Shown piece after piece: positions 21,223 to 35,124 of a stretch of 64,000 nucleotides of DNA. Every line of letters begins with the position of its first letter. Positions within the stretch are counted from its first letter, which is position 1. Origin of the DNA: Aplysia californica (lineage: Eukaryota); contig NW_004797315.1 of NCBI RefSeq assembly GCF_000002075.1, forward strand, positions 2,041,281 through 2,105,280, read 5' to 3'. The notes beneath the pieces are model-generated. The model saw nothing but the letters and a program-made list of their open reading frames with translations, made no database searches and was not told the origin of the DNA. A program made the translations under genes and the position numbers.

Positions 21223-24200
21223 GCAATAGGACATTCCCTGAAGAGGGCTGGGGATTTGTTCCTTCCTTCTCGGGTAGCAACAGTGAAGTCTCTCGCTCGA
21301 CCTCAAAAGCCTCACCTGGTGAATCAGATGCAGTCTAAAGACTTTCGGGATCTCAAAGGCTTATCAAAGGACTTGAGAATCCTGGACGCACGAAGAGGAT
21401 CTGATACGGAAGACACTTTTTTGTGGAACAATATCATGGAACTGCGAGTCACTAAAGAACAGCCAGATAAAGTCTTCTACAAGACGAGCCACTTTGACAG
21501 TTCATTCAAAACCCTGTCCCTCAAGAGACTGAAGAATAGTGTAAAGGACTGTGCACCTCAGAAACTGAACTCAGGACCAACAAACATTTCGAGAGAAAAA
21601 TTCACTGATTTGTTTTCACTCTGTTCTGGTCCCTCACCAGTAATTAAACTGGAAGAGCACAAAGCTTTTTATCTTTCCTTACCCCATGAGTTATAGTTGG
21701 CTGTGAAGGTCTCCTTTGGGGCGAAGCTATTTTACTTTGTTCGCTAAGGTGTAACTCCAGCTTAAGTGTATAGCAGTCAAGTTATGACACAAAATGTATT
21801 TAATTTCACATTTTCTACTCTATTTCTGAGTTACTGCTTATTAGTCTTTGAAATATGTCATTGAATTTACATCTCTACAGCAAGATCATGTTCCCAATAA
21901 GCCTAAGTGGAGCTCTAACTCTAGCGGAAATGTTCCCTGAATTCTTTATTATTTGTTTTTGCAAATTTGAAAATTTAGTGAGCACATACTAGCTCAAGTT
22001 TTTTGTAGCTTGTTTTGTTTTTAGTAAAGTACTGCTTCCCATATTAAACAGGATAGTGTTTCACAAAAGAATAGTCCATAATGAAACGTTTGTTTAAGCA
22101 GTAGATAGTTGCAGTGATTATTTAATTTTAAGTTGATTTTTTTATCATGTTCAGTTGGCGTCTGCATATTTCGAGTTGTTGTTAACATTGTCATTTGTTA
22201 CGGATAATACAGCCCGTGAATTTTAAACCAAATCGATCTTTCTTTGTATTTTTATTGTTATTTGGAAGTTACCATTTAGGCTTAAGCCACGCAATGAACG
22301 CATTATGCTTTAGAATACAAAAGCACGTACTAACGTATCCAACAATCTAATAACGTAAGCCACACATCGAGGCTTTCATTGACGTAGCACGTACTAGCGT
22401 ATCGGACAAAAAGGTCATTTTCCCTTCAAAACCTACTAATCTCACAAAGATGCTTCTAGCCAATTGAAAAGTAGTTGGCCCACACACGTTATGTCAAAAT
22501 ATTAAGGGCAAGGTCAGCTATTTGACGCCACAATGGGATGGTGAAAATCGCTCTAATCTTTAAACGTCTCTCGTGCAAAACTAACAAAATGTGGCTTACG
22601 CTAGTACGTGTTTTGAGGGACGAATTGAACAGCTAGCCAACGATAGAGGGCATCAAGGAAAAAAGAATAGCAAAATTGGCTGTCCTCTTCCCATAGCATC
22701 ACACACGCATGCACACACACACGAACGCGCACACACACACACACGCGCAATCAGTCCCAATGGTTCATCAAAAACGTACAAAGGTGTTCTCTGTACAGGC
22801 AGGTCAAACATTTTTTAAAAAGCATTATTTTCTACCCTAGCACTGCAAGCGAACTGGAAAAATCAAATTCCTTGAATACCTCAGCACTGCATATAGATTG
22901 GATTGGACAATCTATCTTTCATTCAGGTATAATAATATCAAAAGTACATGTACACCATTGATACTTTGCTGGTTTCAAAATCAACAAACTAAGTAAGAGG
23001 TAGAGTAACGTGACCCGGGCCCGGCTACTTCCGCATTCTCCCGTTTCCATGGCAGTTTTGGCTAAAATCTTCAGCGGTAATGGCGTCCCTTAACTAATTT
23101 CGGTTGTTTACTTCCGCTTCCTTTTCAAATCAAGTACGTTTTGGAAAGGCGGCACCATCAAATTGAAATTTCACCGAAAAAGTTTTTATTGTTTCTGAGG
23201 TAAGGTCGCGCTAACCTTCAATAATTGACATTATTTATGGCCCTTTCTTGCTTTCTACACTAACCCCAGCCTCATTGTTGCTAACATTTGTTGCTCAATC
23301 ATGTTTCTTTGATGCCTGTTCATAACTGACCTAGTTGGGGGGGAAGGGGGGAGGGGTGGGTCGCACCCAGTACAGGAAAATTTCATCCTCCTACCCTGGC
23401 GCCACCATGAGTGACCACACCAAGAAAACACATCAAAGGTAGGCGGTATTTGGCATGTTTGAATGTTGTCTAACAGTTCTGTATCCACATTTTGTTTACT
23501 AACATATTATACCTACTGAATACTAACAGTTCAGTTTTTGGTGACTCTGGTCGCAACCAGGGCGAAATGGTCGCGTAACAGGCAGAGTGGTCGTGCCTGG
23601 CACTGGTGGTGGCCATGCCCTCGCCGAGTGGTTGCGCCCTTGCCGAAGTAGTTACATTATTATAAACAATTTTGTGAACACAATTAAGGACGAGAACCGC
23701 ATTCTAACAGCAGAAATCGGAAGTTGATATCCCAAATTAATGGCGGACACAGTAGCGTTGTGATAGCTGCCGGCAGTAAGCGAAACAGGATATTTTAGTC
23801 CATGTGGTCGTGCCCTGGTACAGTTACTCTAGCACAAAAAGACAAAAGAATCGTATTGAACAAACCTTTCGATGTGAATTCTAAAAAAGACAAAAATAGA
23901 TGAAAAAAAAATGTTTCAAAATGTCAATAGATTCAAAAGCACTTCATAACCAGGGGTGGTAAATATTCGATACATATTAAGTAAAACAGTAAGATTTCTA
24001 CCTCTCCAAAGCTGCATTCAAATAGTTGGACTAGAAATACAGCACTCAGATTACAAACCCCATTCCCACCCGGCCAACGTGGCCAACCACATTGACACTA
24101 TAGGAGAAGCTGTACGAGCCAACAAAAGAACTGAGCAGGATATGATAGATACCGGACTTCAAATGAGATGCAATTGAAAAGAAAAAGAAGGAGACAGACT

Positions 24201-24227
24201 AAGTAGTAGAACAGGACATTTTCCACT

Positions 24228-27200
24228 TCAGAAAAGAACAAGCTCTACTTTGTTTGGCCGGGTATGTAACAGATCATCAGCCTCAAGGAGGGAGGCCACA
24301 GTAGCTTTAAATAATTCCAACTCCTCCGACGAAGCCTCATCCGTGTGACATTCATAAGGGTATGAGAGTTGTAGCACTTTGAGCTTTTTTAGTTTGGCTA
24401 CACCCTTTGTCAAAGTCAAAACTGTACTGGTGGTCCACGTGTTGCCTGCCAGGCTGAGAAACAGCAGGTTCTGGAAGCCAGAGAAATGAATGGTCAGGCT
24501 CATTACAATTTCATCGGTGAAGCGACAGTTTTCCAGTTCTAGAACTTTCACACAGGAGGAAATATTTGCAAGGATGCGGCCCAGAGAAACGTAGCACGGC
24601 GTCAGGCTGTTCTCACTGAGGTCCAGTTCTTCTAGAGACAGCGTGTGAGGGCAGGTGGCCAACGCACCCACATCAGCTGGGGTGAGTCCACATGCAGCTA
24701 GGCACAGCTGTTGTAGCGGGTGAGAAATGCCGCTCAGTATCGTGGCCAGCTGGTTCTTCAACCGGTTGTTGCTGAGGTCGAGTCTGCGCAGATGGACCAG
24801 AGGGGCGAACACCTGCTGTAAGATGAGAGCCGAGGAGGCCTGGTAGAGGTTCAGGTGATTGCACGACAGGTCCAGGGCGGTCAGCTGGGTCAGAGACTGA
24901 AGGGTTGGAGCCATCAACAGTAAATGACTGTTCTCTAGCGAGTTGTACTTCAGCTGCAGACCTCGGATCTCCTGAGGACAGATAGCAAAGTATGGGTGAT
25001 TGGCGGGTGCTCTGAATCAGATGTGGTTGGCTCCTTATGTCTTATCAAACATATATCATCCTGAATCTCCTTCTTCTTTTCTTTGTATATAATTCTCTAC
25101 TTAGTAAAAACTTTGATCTTTGGCACCTACTTGTGTTACAAGTGCCATAAATTTTTTTACTAAAACTAAAAGACAGCAAAGTTATACAGTATCCGTCATG
25201 CATGTAATGTAACGGCCTTTTCTTTATTAAAGCTGACTGGGCTTGCTCTTAAGTAAATAGCAACTTAGCAATCCATAGAGACCACAATTATTGTTATTCA
25301 AAAGAGCTTATATATAATTAAGCCCCCATCGACACAAATCAAATCATAAGGAACGTCATCTGCTTCAAATCTGTCGGTCAGAGCCAACCTGGACTGAGTG
25401 GGATACCACATTCCAGCAGACTGGTGGATACTCAGCTAAAAAAAAAAAACAACCTTTCCTCACTTAACCCTCGTCCTGCGGGGGACGGGTTTATGTCGCC
25501 CGATAAGCCTTTTTCGACACCTCGCCTGCGTTCTGGTCCCGAGTCAGTCTAGCCCCTGACTCAGCGCACGCGCACCATCTTACGTGAAATTTGGGTCCCG
25601 AGTCGGATCCCCATTCACGCAGGTCAAGTGTGTGCGTGTCAGTCTGCTTGAGTTTTTGTGCGTTTGTGGCCTTCTTCTAGAACCGCCCGCATTGGTTCGT
25701 AATCGAGGCATACGTCTCATTCAAAACACGCCAAGTTGGTAGCTCTAGATGTTCGTCCAATGAAATTATAGAAGAAATTGACCCACTTAGACATGAGGAG
25801 CTCGAAAGGATAGTCAGGAAACAAGACTTCCATTTTTCTATACAAAATCTTTCAAATTGAGCTTGATTTTGTATGAAATGATACTACCTGATAAAAAATA
25901 AGCTTGTTTGATAGTTTTGAATACCATTGTGCAGGTACAAAGAACAATTTGAGTGCAAAACATTCCGAAATTGACCTATATTATCCCTCAGGTCATTCAT
26001 AACAACAAGAGCGTCTAGAAAGGTTATTCGAATGGGCGTAACTACTTATAATGTCTCATCAGCTTATGAGAGGGGGTTATTCATGTGTTTGCAACACTTT
26101 ATAAATAGAAAGGTACGAAAGATAGAGCATTATTTTCATCATCGATTAACACACTCCCACCGTATTCATGGCAAAAACACATGTTTCCTGGCGCGTGCAC
26201 TGTACACCAACAGTGCACACTGAGTGACCCCGGCGGCCTGCCCGGAACGTCCGACGTAATCGGTTGCTGATAAGATTAAATTCGCGTCGACGACCGCGAC
26301 TGCAGCGTACGCAGATTCAACTATAATTGACTATAAAGCAAACCCAGCAGTTTAAAAATGCTTGCAAATAGCCCCAGTGGTTTAAACAGGAGATCGACAA
26401 GCTAGTTCTTTGTGGTTCGTGTATATTTACCACTTTTAGTGCGAATGAACGGGTTATTTGTCCAACGGACTGAACAACTGAAAGTAAGGAACTTCCATGC
26501 AGTTCGTTGTTGTTTCTCGTACGCGAAGCACGGCACGGCGAGTTTGTGTCGAAGTTTATTGAAACTCGATAATTTTTGTGAAGATTTAAGTGATAGTGAA
26601 GTACCAGATAGATAACTTCATAAATCAAAATGTGAATTCGCCTAGCAGTGATGAAGATGATTGAGAAAGTGACATTAGCTAGATCTAGACCAACATCGTC
26701 TCTCCATCGTGAATCTGACTCGTCAGCGAGTACGCAGCCTGGTCCGGCTGGGAATGATGATAGATCTAGATCTAGCCCCAGTACTAAACTCTAGTTCAAA
26801 TCAGCCCTCAAAGTGGAGAAGATATATAATGTACCCAGACCTGGGACATCTATTGACAGATCTAGATCTAGTCCTAGAACTAGCAACACTGACAATGAAA
26901 ACACTTCTCAGCCTGTCAACGTGGAAGATCTAGATCTAGATTTTTTTTTTTTTTTTCGTTTTCAAAATTAATTGTCACTTACATTTTTATGCTACTTCAC
27001 CGTACACACTCATGCTTCATTCTCCTACACACAAACACACACTGCCACAACCATTTTGTGTAAGTCTATTAGATTTCTGCTTTGTCACATCACTTCCTTT
27101 TCTTTTTTCAACATTTTTTTCAGGGGCAAATTTGTCCCAACTTTCTATCCCATACATTTTTTGTTGTTCATTCTTCACACAATGTGTTTATTGTGTCTGT

Positions 27201-30200
27201 TGAACCAATATCTTACTAAATAGCACAGAAAATTTCGAAGAAATAGCATTTCATTTCAATTTTTTATGAATTTTCAAAAAGTGGGGGAAATTGGGGGTCC
27301 TCTGGGGCTTGGAGGCAAATCGGGGCGTGGTGCTCAGTGAGTTAAAACTTGTCACAAAAACCTCAACCTTCTCACAACCAACACGCCTTCCCACTCTTCA
27401 TAAATTTTGGAGAATTTTTCTGAGACAACTCAGTTCATAAGAGAAATCAGTCCAGAACTATAGAAATCCTAACTTTGCAGTACTTGAAGGCTACTGACAA
27501 AGAGCTGGGGATTTCAAACGGTACTGGGGGTGGAAGGTTCACATAAAGGAGGAAAGTAGAAAGGGAAGCTGTCACACCAAAAAGTCAGCAGGATAACCCT
27601 ATGATCCCCGATAGTTGACATTTGACCTTTGAGCCACACACAGTGACTGTCACAGTGCGAGGGCATGAGAGGGTTATATTTGATTTTTAACCAATGATCC
27701 TACCTCTGGGCGCAGCTGTTTGAGCAAGAGTAGAACTCGTTCACCTCCTAAACACGTAATGCTGAGTCGTTCCACAACCAGACGAAATCTTGTCTCAGGA
27801 AAAGCGGACACAGTGAGCGCTTTACAGAGTTCTGAGTGGCACGACTCGGACGTCACAAACGCATCCAGTTTGATCTCAACAGCTGAGAATGAGAAGAGCA
27901 AGAGGAATTAGTATAATTACAAAATTTTGAATAACGCAAAAGTAACGCCTTATGGAATATGAGCATTGTAGAAAATATTCCTTTATCAATAGTACTGAAA
28001 ATAATACAGGTATGTTATGTAAGGGATATATACGTGAACTGAAAGTGAGATAGATTTCAAATCAAGGAAAAGTTTATGATTCAGGACACAATGAAAGCTC
28101 TACAGGAAAGCAGGTTAAAAATGTATTTAATATGATGGAAAGGTTTGTTTGTGTGTTTTAGTAGAGGTTTTACGGTGCTCCCAACTGCATAAGGTTATAT
28201 GAGCACCAAGGGGTGGATGTCAACAGAAAAGTCCTTACAGGGAATCAGACTTACTCTGCTCATCTCTCTAGCTTTAACAGCACAAAGTCTGCTTTGACTA
28301 TCAAGGCACCCCGGAAATAGTGGGTCACAAGAGTGTGACAAACATACAAAAGAAGTAGAGGAAAATGATGATAATAAGGATTACGAAAGAAAAAGCAGCA
28401 GTTCCCTGTTGTAGTTCAGGCACAGTTATGAGAATGACATTGTTGGATCAGCCCATTTACAATTCTACTGTGCATTAGAATGAGAAATGTCTGCCCTTTG
28501 GGAATGGCTTAAAGACATTTCAGTCAGTGGCACTGCCCCGGGGGGTAGGGAGGGTTTTGAGACAAAAAGATTTATATATCAAAATAGAGTAAAATGTTGA
28601 AAAAGCTAACTATTAAAAATAAATGACTATTTGTACACCACAGCCACAAAAAAACCCAACTACATCAAAACAGTACAAAATGACTGGTTACAGCATGTTT
28701 TGTGACAAACTATTCCAAACCCAATTAAAAGTCCCATTTGCCTTGCCATTTCAAGAAAAAAAAGCCAAAGTTTAAATGTTTGAGACAACACAATTTTTCA
28801 CAAACCCTTTAATTTGACTTAAGGTAAGTAAGCTATTCCAATACACAATTCCATAGGCAATACAATTCCATACGCAACCCAACTTGAAAGCAGTTAAACT
28901 TAAAATTTCTCTCTCAAGGATACCTACATGCTTGCAGTAAGTTCAAAGTTTATAACCCTTTAAACCCTAGCCACAAGGTACCGGTAGCACATAATATTGC
29001 CGATATGCCTAGCCACCGGTACAACAACGTGAGCAAGACAGACCCTATTCCCTATCCCCGCCCGTCTCAGACATAACGCGCATGGATAACAGTGTTTACT
29101 GCACAGGACGTTGTCGATTATTTTGAAAATCTTTCTAAATTAAAAGCTGGTAATAACAAGGACTAATGGAATGTGATTCTGACGATGATACAAATGTGAG
29201 GGTGTGATATAGCAATGAATCACCCACGAGCTCAGGCAGAGGGGCATGGTAGCCTCAGGAAGTCAGGGCTCAAAGGGTTAATGTAGACCATTCCTATCAG
29301 GATCACGATCATCCATTGTACTAGACACCTCTAAACAATAAACTTACACAAAATGCACCTAAATCTCACTGCATGGGTACGATTTTTGTTTTGCTTGTCC
29401 CCAAAACCAGAGTCCAATACATAAAAAAAAAAATTCACTCCTTACAAGTCTTCTGTGGGCTAACCCCACAAACAAATGATTTTACAAAAGTTGTTTATTA
29501 GAATCTTTTCTCTCCACACGCATTACTGGTTTGCTCAAAACAGAGCATGAACATACAGTCGAACCTGTTCTGACGACCATCTGTTCCAGACAACCACCTG
29601 CATAAATGACCACTTCTCACTTTCCCTTTGTGTTTGTTCTATATTGTAGTGACACTGTCCGAGAGGATCACCTGTCTAAGACGATCTCTTTTACCCAATA
29701 AAATGGGTGGTCGCCCACGACAGGTTCCACTGTAAATGGGAAAAGTAAGACTAAGAGACCAAAACTAGGCAACAAGCTCTTACAAATGTTCTCCGGTAAA
29801 CAGTTCTGAAAGTATGTGTCCAACGGGCTGTGTGAGTCTGGGGTAGAGCCATGGCACTCCTGGGCAAGGTGAAGAGCCTGGTTGTACAGAGTTATCATGT
29901 TGTTCCTGCGTCGCTCATTATGAGCCAGCATGCAGTGGGAGCACAGGTAATAGAGGATCACCTCCGCTGAAAAAAAAAATTTTTAAATAGTAGAGCTGAT
30001 GTTTTTAACTTATTATGTTGTGAGTAGTCAGAATAAAACATGGCCACTAAAAAAGAAAAGAATCGCCTCTGCTAAAAAAACAAGAAGAGTAAATGACTGG
30101 CTAAAAAGTCTTCAAATGTGTGGTGAAAAGTCAGAATGAGGCACAGCTGTAAAAAAAAATAATAATGCAGCACAGCTATCCTTGTAGTAGAGCTTAACTT

Positions 30201-33200
30201 AGCACCACTTTTTTTCATATCACACATATCAAAAAGTATTTATTTTCACATTAAAAAATCCAAGGGCCACATAAAAATGTCAAATCTGTAACTGATAAAT
30301 GAAATCTCAAAGAGATTTTCAAAGCTCTGTTTTTGCCAAACTGAGTCTCATATAAAAAAAACCTCAGGACAAAAAAATCTTCCAGCAGCTTTGCTCAATC
30401 CTTTGACGGTTTTTTATGTGTTCACCTATGTGACAAATAATTCTTTTCTTTATCTGTGCTGGCCGAGAGCGAATGACTTGAAAAGGAAGGTCAGGGACCA
30501 GGTTAATATTTCTATCAATTTAAAAAAAATAAACTGGTGACTTGCATGTAGCCTACCAATGCCGAAAAGAGTGGCAATAATAACTGAACTATTTGAGCAT
30601 GGCTGATACTTACAAGACCTGAGGACAACTTCACAACAAACAACCCTTTGAGATTAAAAGGTGGAGGTACACAACTGAAACTACATTAACATGAAACTCT
30701 TCAGTATGAGATATATCCAAAAAATGCAAAACAAAAGAATGGGAATATAAGAAATTAAATAAAACGAACAACTCCTCACAAAGTAAAAAGATCTAATGAA
30801 GGATATTTCAGTCTATATAAATCTCCTCATCTCTTTCACATCACAAGCTGACAAAATGGAGAGCATGGACAGACAAGTATTGAGTTCTATTAGTACTACG
30901 CACTATATGATTAGTCAAGACAAATATGGTACCAGTAGGAAATCCTGTGATGTCTAGGTGTCGTATCTTGGTGGATGATACTTGCCGCAAACACTCCAGG
31001 AATGTGTGTGCCAGAGCTGTAGTGTATCGTAAACCTGCGAATTAAAAAGAGAACATAAAAATTGGCATGAGAATGTGACTAATGACTCTTTTCCATACTT
31101 TATTTGCACAAAAGAGTAAAATAAGACATTAATATGAAACTCATAATTTTTAATAATGCCAAAAATAAGCCTGTGCACTCTGAACCCACTTTCACAGTAC
31201 AACCATCTATTTTTATCTCCAAATGTTACCACATTATGACCATCTCTGAAACACAACCAAGGCCATTTCAGTAAGGGTTTGACCATAAAAAGCTCGTAGA
31301 CTCAGTTCACTAATTTGAAATTTGATAACATCCCAAGTCAACAACATGCTTCATATACAAGTACAGCGCACAACAAATTTGAATACATTTTTCATCTCAT
31401 CATCATGTGCCCGACCTGCGACAAACATCGGTAATCATGGTGCTCCATTCATTCCTTTGCTCAAATTCTCTTAAAAAAGCTATATTGCCCTGATCTTGCC
31501 CCGTCACCATACATATATTTATATACAGAAAAACAATACAGTACAAGAGCAGTATTGCATACAGGCGTATCTAAAAGGCCGCCAAAAATGACTTACGTCT
31601 GTATGCAATACTGCCCGTGAGTAGAGAAACAAGGTTGCATAATGGGCTAAATCAACAATGTCAAACCCAGATAAATCTGTATATCGATTCAGTCATTCAA
31701 AAATTCAAAAGGAACTATCGCACGTGCAAAACTACTCTACATTGTGAATACCTGTCAAAGGCCAGTATCATTCACAAGAATGGGGAAGGGGGAGGGGGGG
31801 GGGGGGGGAGGGGGTTAGACTTGTACAGGGTTTCTTCTGCTTCAAGAACCTGGTCTGAAACTGTGGATCATCACTCATTTCTCTACTCTGATGTTCTAAA
31901 AATAGTACTACAGTTCACTGGTCTTTTCTCGTCATCCATCTGTTCAAGTTCACTAAGCAATAATCTATTCTTGGTCTACCTCTGTCTCTTTTGCCTTTTA
32001 TTTTTCCAGAGAGAGCAGGTTTTACTTTACAGTATTTACTGATAACCATGTTCACACAAGGCTTACCTTGCCTCACCAAATCAGACTGATACACCGGCCG
32101 ATAGAGAGGCAGAAGTGAAGTGAAAACACTGGGCACCAGTCGAGACAGCACAAGACTCTGCAGAGACCAGCGAGACATTAGAGCCTGTATTGACCTGTCG
32201 TGGTTTCCTTTCAAAGCAGCTTCCATCATGTGCACACGCAAGATGGATGGCACACAATCTATTGCTGCCCTGGTCATGGCTGCATCCTTCACAACATACG
32301 AGCAGCATATTTCCAGAAGTGAGGAAGTCTGAGGAATAATCATAAATGCATTCAGAAGAGATGCATCGGTAATGAGTGCAGGTGTATTTTGATTAAATTA
32401 GGCCCACAGCCTCCAAGACTTAGTGATCACATAATAAACAGAAATCGAGAACATTGAAGTTCATAGATTTTCTTAACAATTCACAATTCACAGAGGAAGC
32501 AGTGTTTCCGACATTAGATAATGAAATATTTTCTTAAATACATGTCATGTTCACTGAAGGAACAACACTAAAAGATTACTAAATAAAAGAAAAAAAAACA
32601 AGACATGAAGCTCAAGCAAAAGCAAAAACCTACACTCCTGCGACATAATAAAAGACAACAAACACAAGTTCCAACTACTATATGTTAATAAATATAGTAC
32701 GTTTAAGTAAGAAGTCTTGCTCATTAGAGAGTTAAAGCATTATATTATAAAAAGCATTTAAATAGATGACCAAACCTAACCAAGGTGTATTGACCTTAGT
32801 TGAAGAGATTGATACATTGCAGGATCTAAGCAATCTGTGTAGCAACAACAAAAGCGTCAGAAAATTATTATTAGAAAATTCATATGTAAAAGCAAATATT
32901 TTCCTCCTAACATGAGTGGATTCAAATATTGTTTCTTTCCTTTGTAACAATAATTAAGGTTCCCTACTGATAATAATAACAATAATAATAAATAGCATTT
33001 GTATAGCGCATATCCCCACTCGAAAGCAAGCTCTATGCGCTTTACACTATATTATTACCCCCAGCAGACCATAGAACACTCAGAAACATTCTCAGCTTCC
33101 CCGGAAGCATACAGAGCAAGCAGCTGGTTAAGCGCTCAAACACTAACAAACTGACAAGATCTTTCACTGTCTATAGCTGGGTACCCATTCTCACCTGGCT

Positions 33201-33472
33201 CAAGAGGGGGAAATTCGTGTAAAGTGCCTTTCCCAAGGACACAACATCGGGCCCGCGGCTCAAACCCCCGAACCCACAACCTCACAATTCCGAGTCCGGT
33301 AGCCTAACCACTGAGTATTAATTAGATAAATAATTGAAAAATGAAAAGCATTACTTACAGACGTCCGGTTTTGTTCGCAGCTAGGTGGAGCATCAAGGTC
33401 CAGTGGAAATAAAGATCCTTTGTAGTGGTCATACCAAAGACACTGGCTACCTTGCATGGGAGCCCCTGCCAT
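24228..33472 (-). CDS. LRRC14: LRRC14/PRAME-family leucine-rich repeat protein (527 aa); coding exons 33472-33359, 32328-32067, 31034-30933, 29966-29784, 27882-27704, 24971-24228
   Basis: Six GT-AG exons with consistent phases (0,1,1,1,0) summing to 1584 nt. N-terminal BC-box-like SSLLEICCSYV, IQALMSRW, KIRHLDITG, and C-terminal RI-like LRRs (LTALDLSCN, LRRLDLSNNRL, LEELDLSENSL, VLELENC). Orthology to LRRC14 versus a paralogue is not verified. Confidence 0.85.
25468..27341 (+). mobile_element. piggyBac-like non-autonomous element (long form)
   Basis: TTAA flanks and CCCT start. The first ~800 bp are shared with 37612-38464 and 47534-47846. Acidic remnant (EDLSDSE) near 26.6 kb. Right TIR matches poorly. 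Confidence 0.65.
28150..28545 (-). mobile_element. Short retroposon family R2, copy 2
   Basis: Colinear with 18248-18633. Confidence 0.75.
28956..29277. mobile_element. piggyBac-like MITE
   Basis: TIR CCCTTTAAACCCT / AGGGCTCAAAGGG, flanks ATAA / TTAA. Confidence 0.6.
29556..29732. mobile_element. pogo/Tigger-type MITE
   Basis: TA-CAGTCGAACCTGT...ACAGGTTCCACTG-TA. Confidence 0.65.
32970..33317 (-). mobile_element. CORE-type SINE with L2-like tail
   Basis: Minus strand has a tRNA-like head (CTCAGTGG..GGTTCG), CORE-like TTGTGTCCTTGGGAAAGGCACTTTAC, and tail GTAAAGCGC..GCGCTATACAAAT(TTA)n. Related head at 54133-54345 and tail at ~63267-63330. Confidence 0.75.
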
Positions 33473-33557
33473 TTCTAGGCTGACATAAATCTCCTCTCAG
33501 ACTGTTGAGTAAATTTTACAGAATGCCATATGATCACATTCAATTGAATTATAAATA

Positions 33558-34469
33558 CAGTAGTCTCCGCCTAAGATCCCACCGCTTACGATCCCGGTTC
33601 GCTTAATAAGATCCCGCTGTTTTAAGAAAACAGAATTTTTACTATACAAAAGTCACCCCTAAGATCCCGCTCTGATTCACTCTGAAGGTCCACATTCGGC
33701 TAAGATCCCGCATTTCAGATCATAATTTGCGGAACAAAAACCCGGGCGGGACAGCCGATCAACCAAGAGTGAAAAGTTGAGATCAATAAACAGTCCGTCG
33801 CATCAAAGATCAGCCACTATCGTGAATATGATCACGCCGGGGTGTGAACTGACCGACACGTTTGTTTTCCCCACGCATCGCACTCACACCTGAGCTCTCC
33901 CCCTAAACTTACATCATACCTCCATGAGTGGGTAGGGCCTCCATGTTCCCTCCAGGCGGGATCACATCGAACCGTGAACTCTTCCTTGACCATTGGAGCA
34001 GTTGTCTCTACTCCCGAATTTGCGAGACAGACTGAATTTTAATTGGTGGCTTCACAGCGTAATGGGGGTGTAACGATAAAGGTGGTTTGGGGAGCGGGGG
34101 GGGGGGGGGGGGGACACTCGATCAGAGATGGAAAGCGATACATTTTTGACAGGTAAAGGGGAGGGGCAACTGGATAAGCGTAGATCTTGAGACTCATGAT
34201 AGGATAATAAGTGAAAATGGCACGCCTCATCCCACTATGCACTGTGATAGGTCATCAAGGTTAACCACTCTTTGCTCGCCATATGCCATAAACCCACCAA
34301 GCAGTCACGTCAGTTCATTTCAGAGTGGAAGGAGACCATTTTACCGATTGTGAGCCTTAATATGGGTCACTGTAGATTCGTCCCTGGGTTCGTCGGTTAA
34401 GATCCTGGTTTGTCTAAGATCCCACATTTCCTTGCTCCCGAGCACCGGGATCTTAGGCGGAGACTACTG
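33558..34469. mobile_element. pogo/Tigger-type non-autonomous element (copies 40961-41887 inverted; 48673-49405 partial)
   Basis: Perfect TIR CAGTAGTCTCCGCCTAAGATCCC with TA TSD and subterminal AAGATCCC repeats. Three copies in the window. Confidence 0.85.
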
Positions 34470-35124
34470 TATATAAATATTTCTTTTTACTTGAAGCATA
34501 TAAAAAATTTTAAGCTTAACAAAGCAATCTTGTAATATGATGAATGCAAATCCAGCTTCAAAATAAAATAAAAGATTCTTTAAGTTGATTAAAATACAAT
34601 TAAGTCTTACTTAATTTGTAAGACAGAATTTGCATGCTGAGAACAAAACTTAAATTCCAGAATATACAGAGCTCTATTTCTTGACAAAATAAAATGATGA
34701 CAAGATTTGGAAGGACTTCCATAACAAGCTACCACCTTAACAAACACAATAATAGAAGAGACCTAACCCTAACACTGACCCAATCTCTAACCCTATCCTT
34801 ACCCTTACCTAAAACCCTAACCATCTATTCTACCGTGACATAGAGCATAAGTGGTCATTCGTTAAGGAATTCCTTCTCGAGATGTTCTAATTCATTAAAA
34901 TTTACTCAATTTACTGACTTGATAAAAGTTTCAGGTTTGAAAATCAAAACCATATTTCAGAGTATGAATTTTGCAAAACAAATTCAAGACAGAAGTTAAG
35001 ACAGGGGTGCCTAAACTTTTTTCCCTCGAAAAAAAACAAAACATTTTTGACGATTTTACCAAAAATATTAGGACAATTATGATACACATGCAAGATTGAT
35101 TATACATTTAGGAGGTGGCTATTT

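Larger units (their letters stand above)
18943..22622 (+). mobile_element. Sola1-type DNA transposon (decayed transposase)
   Basis: AATT TSD; ~34-bp TIR CGTCCTTCTAAACACGTACTAACGTAAGCCACAT (3 mismatches); subterminal CACGTACTA/CGTAAGCCAC repeats. Transposase motifs HRPKKDQCSLC, FDLQQV..FYKRTL..YNLTFY, RGSSEI, ADGRSGQNKN, HDQNEGDS and C-terminal FYLSLPH (21193-21696). Confidence 0.85.

Noticed and set aside
18694-22697. 11-bp direct repeat CTTCCCATAGC as TSD of a larger element around Sola1
   Set aside because: No termini or tail support an enclosing element. May be chance.
34760-34825. Interstitial telomere
   Set aside because: Only short degenerate TAACCC-like units.
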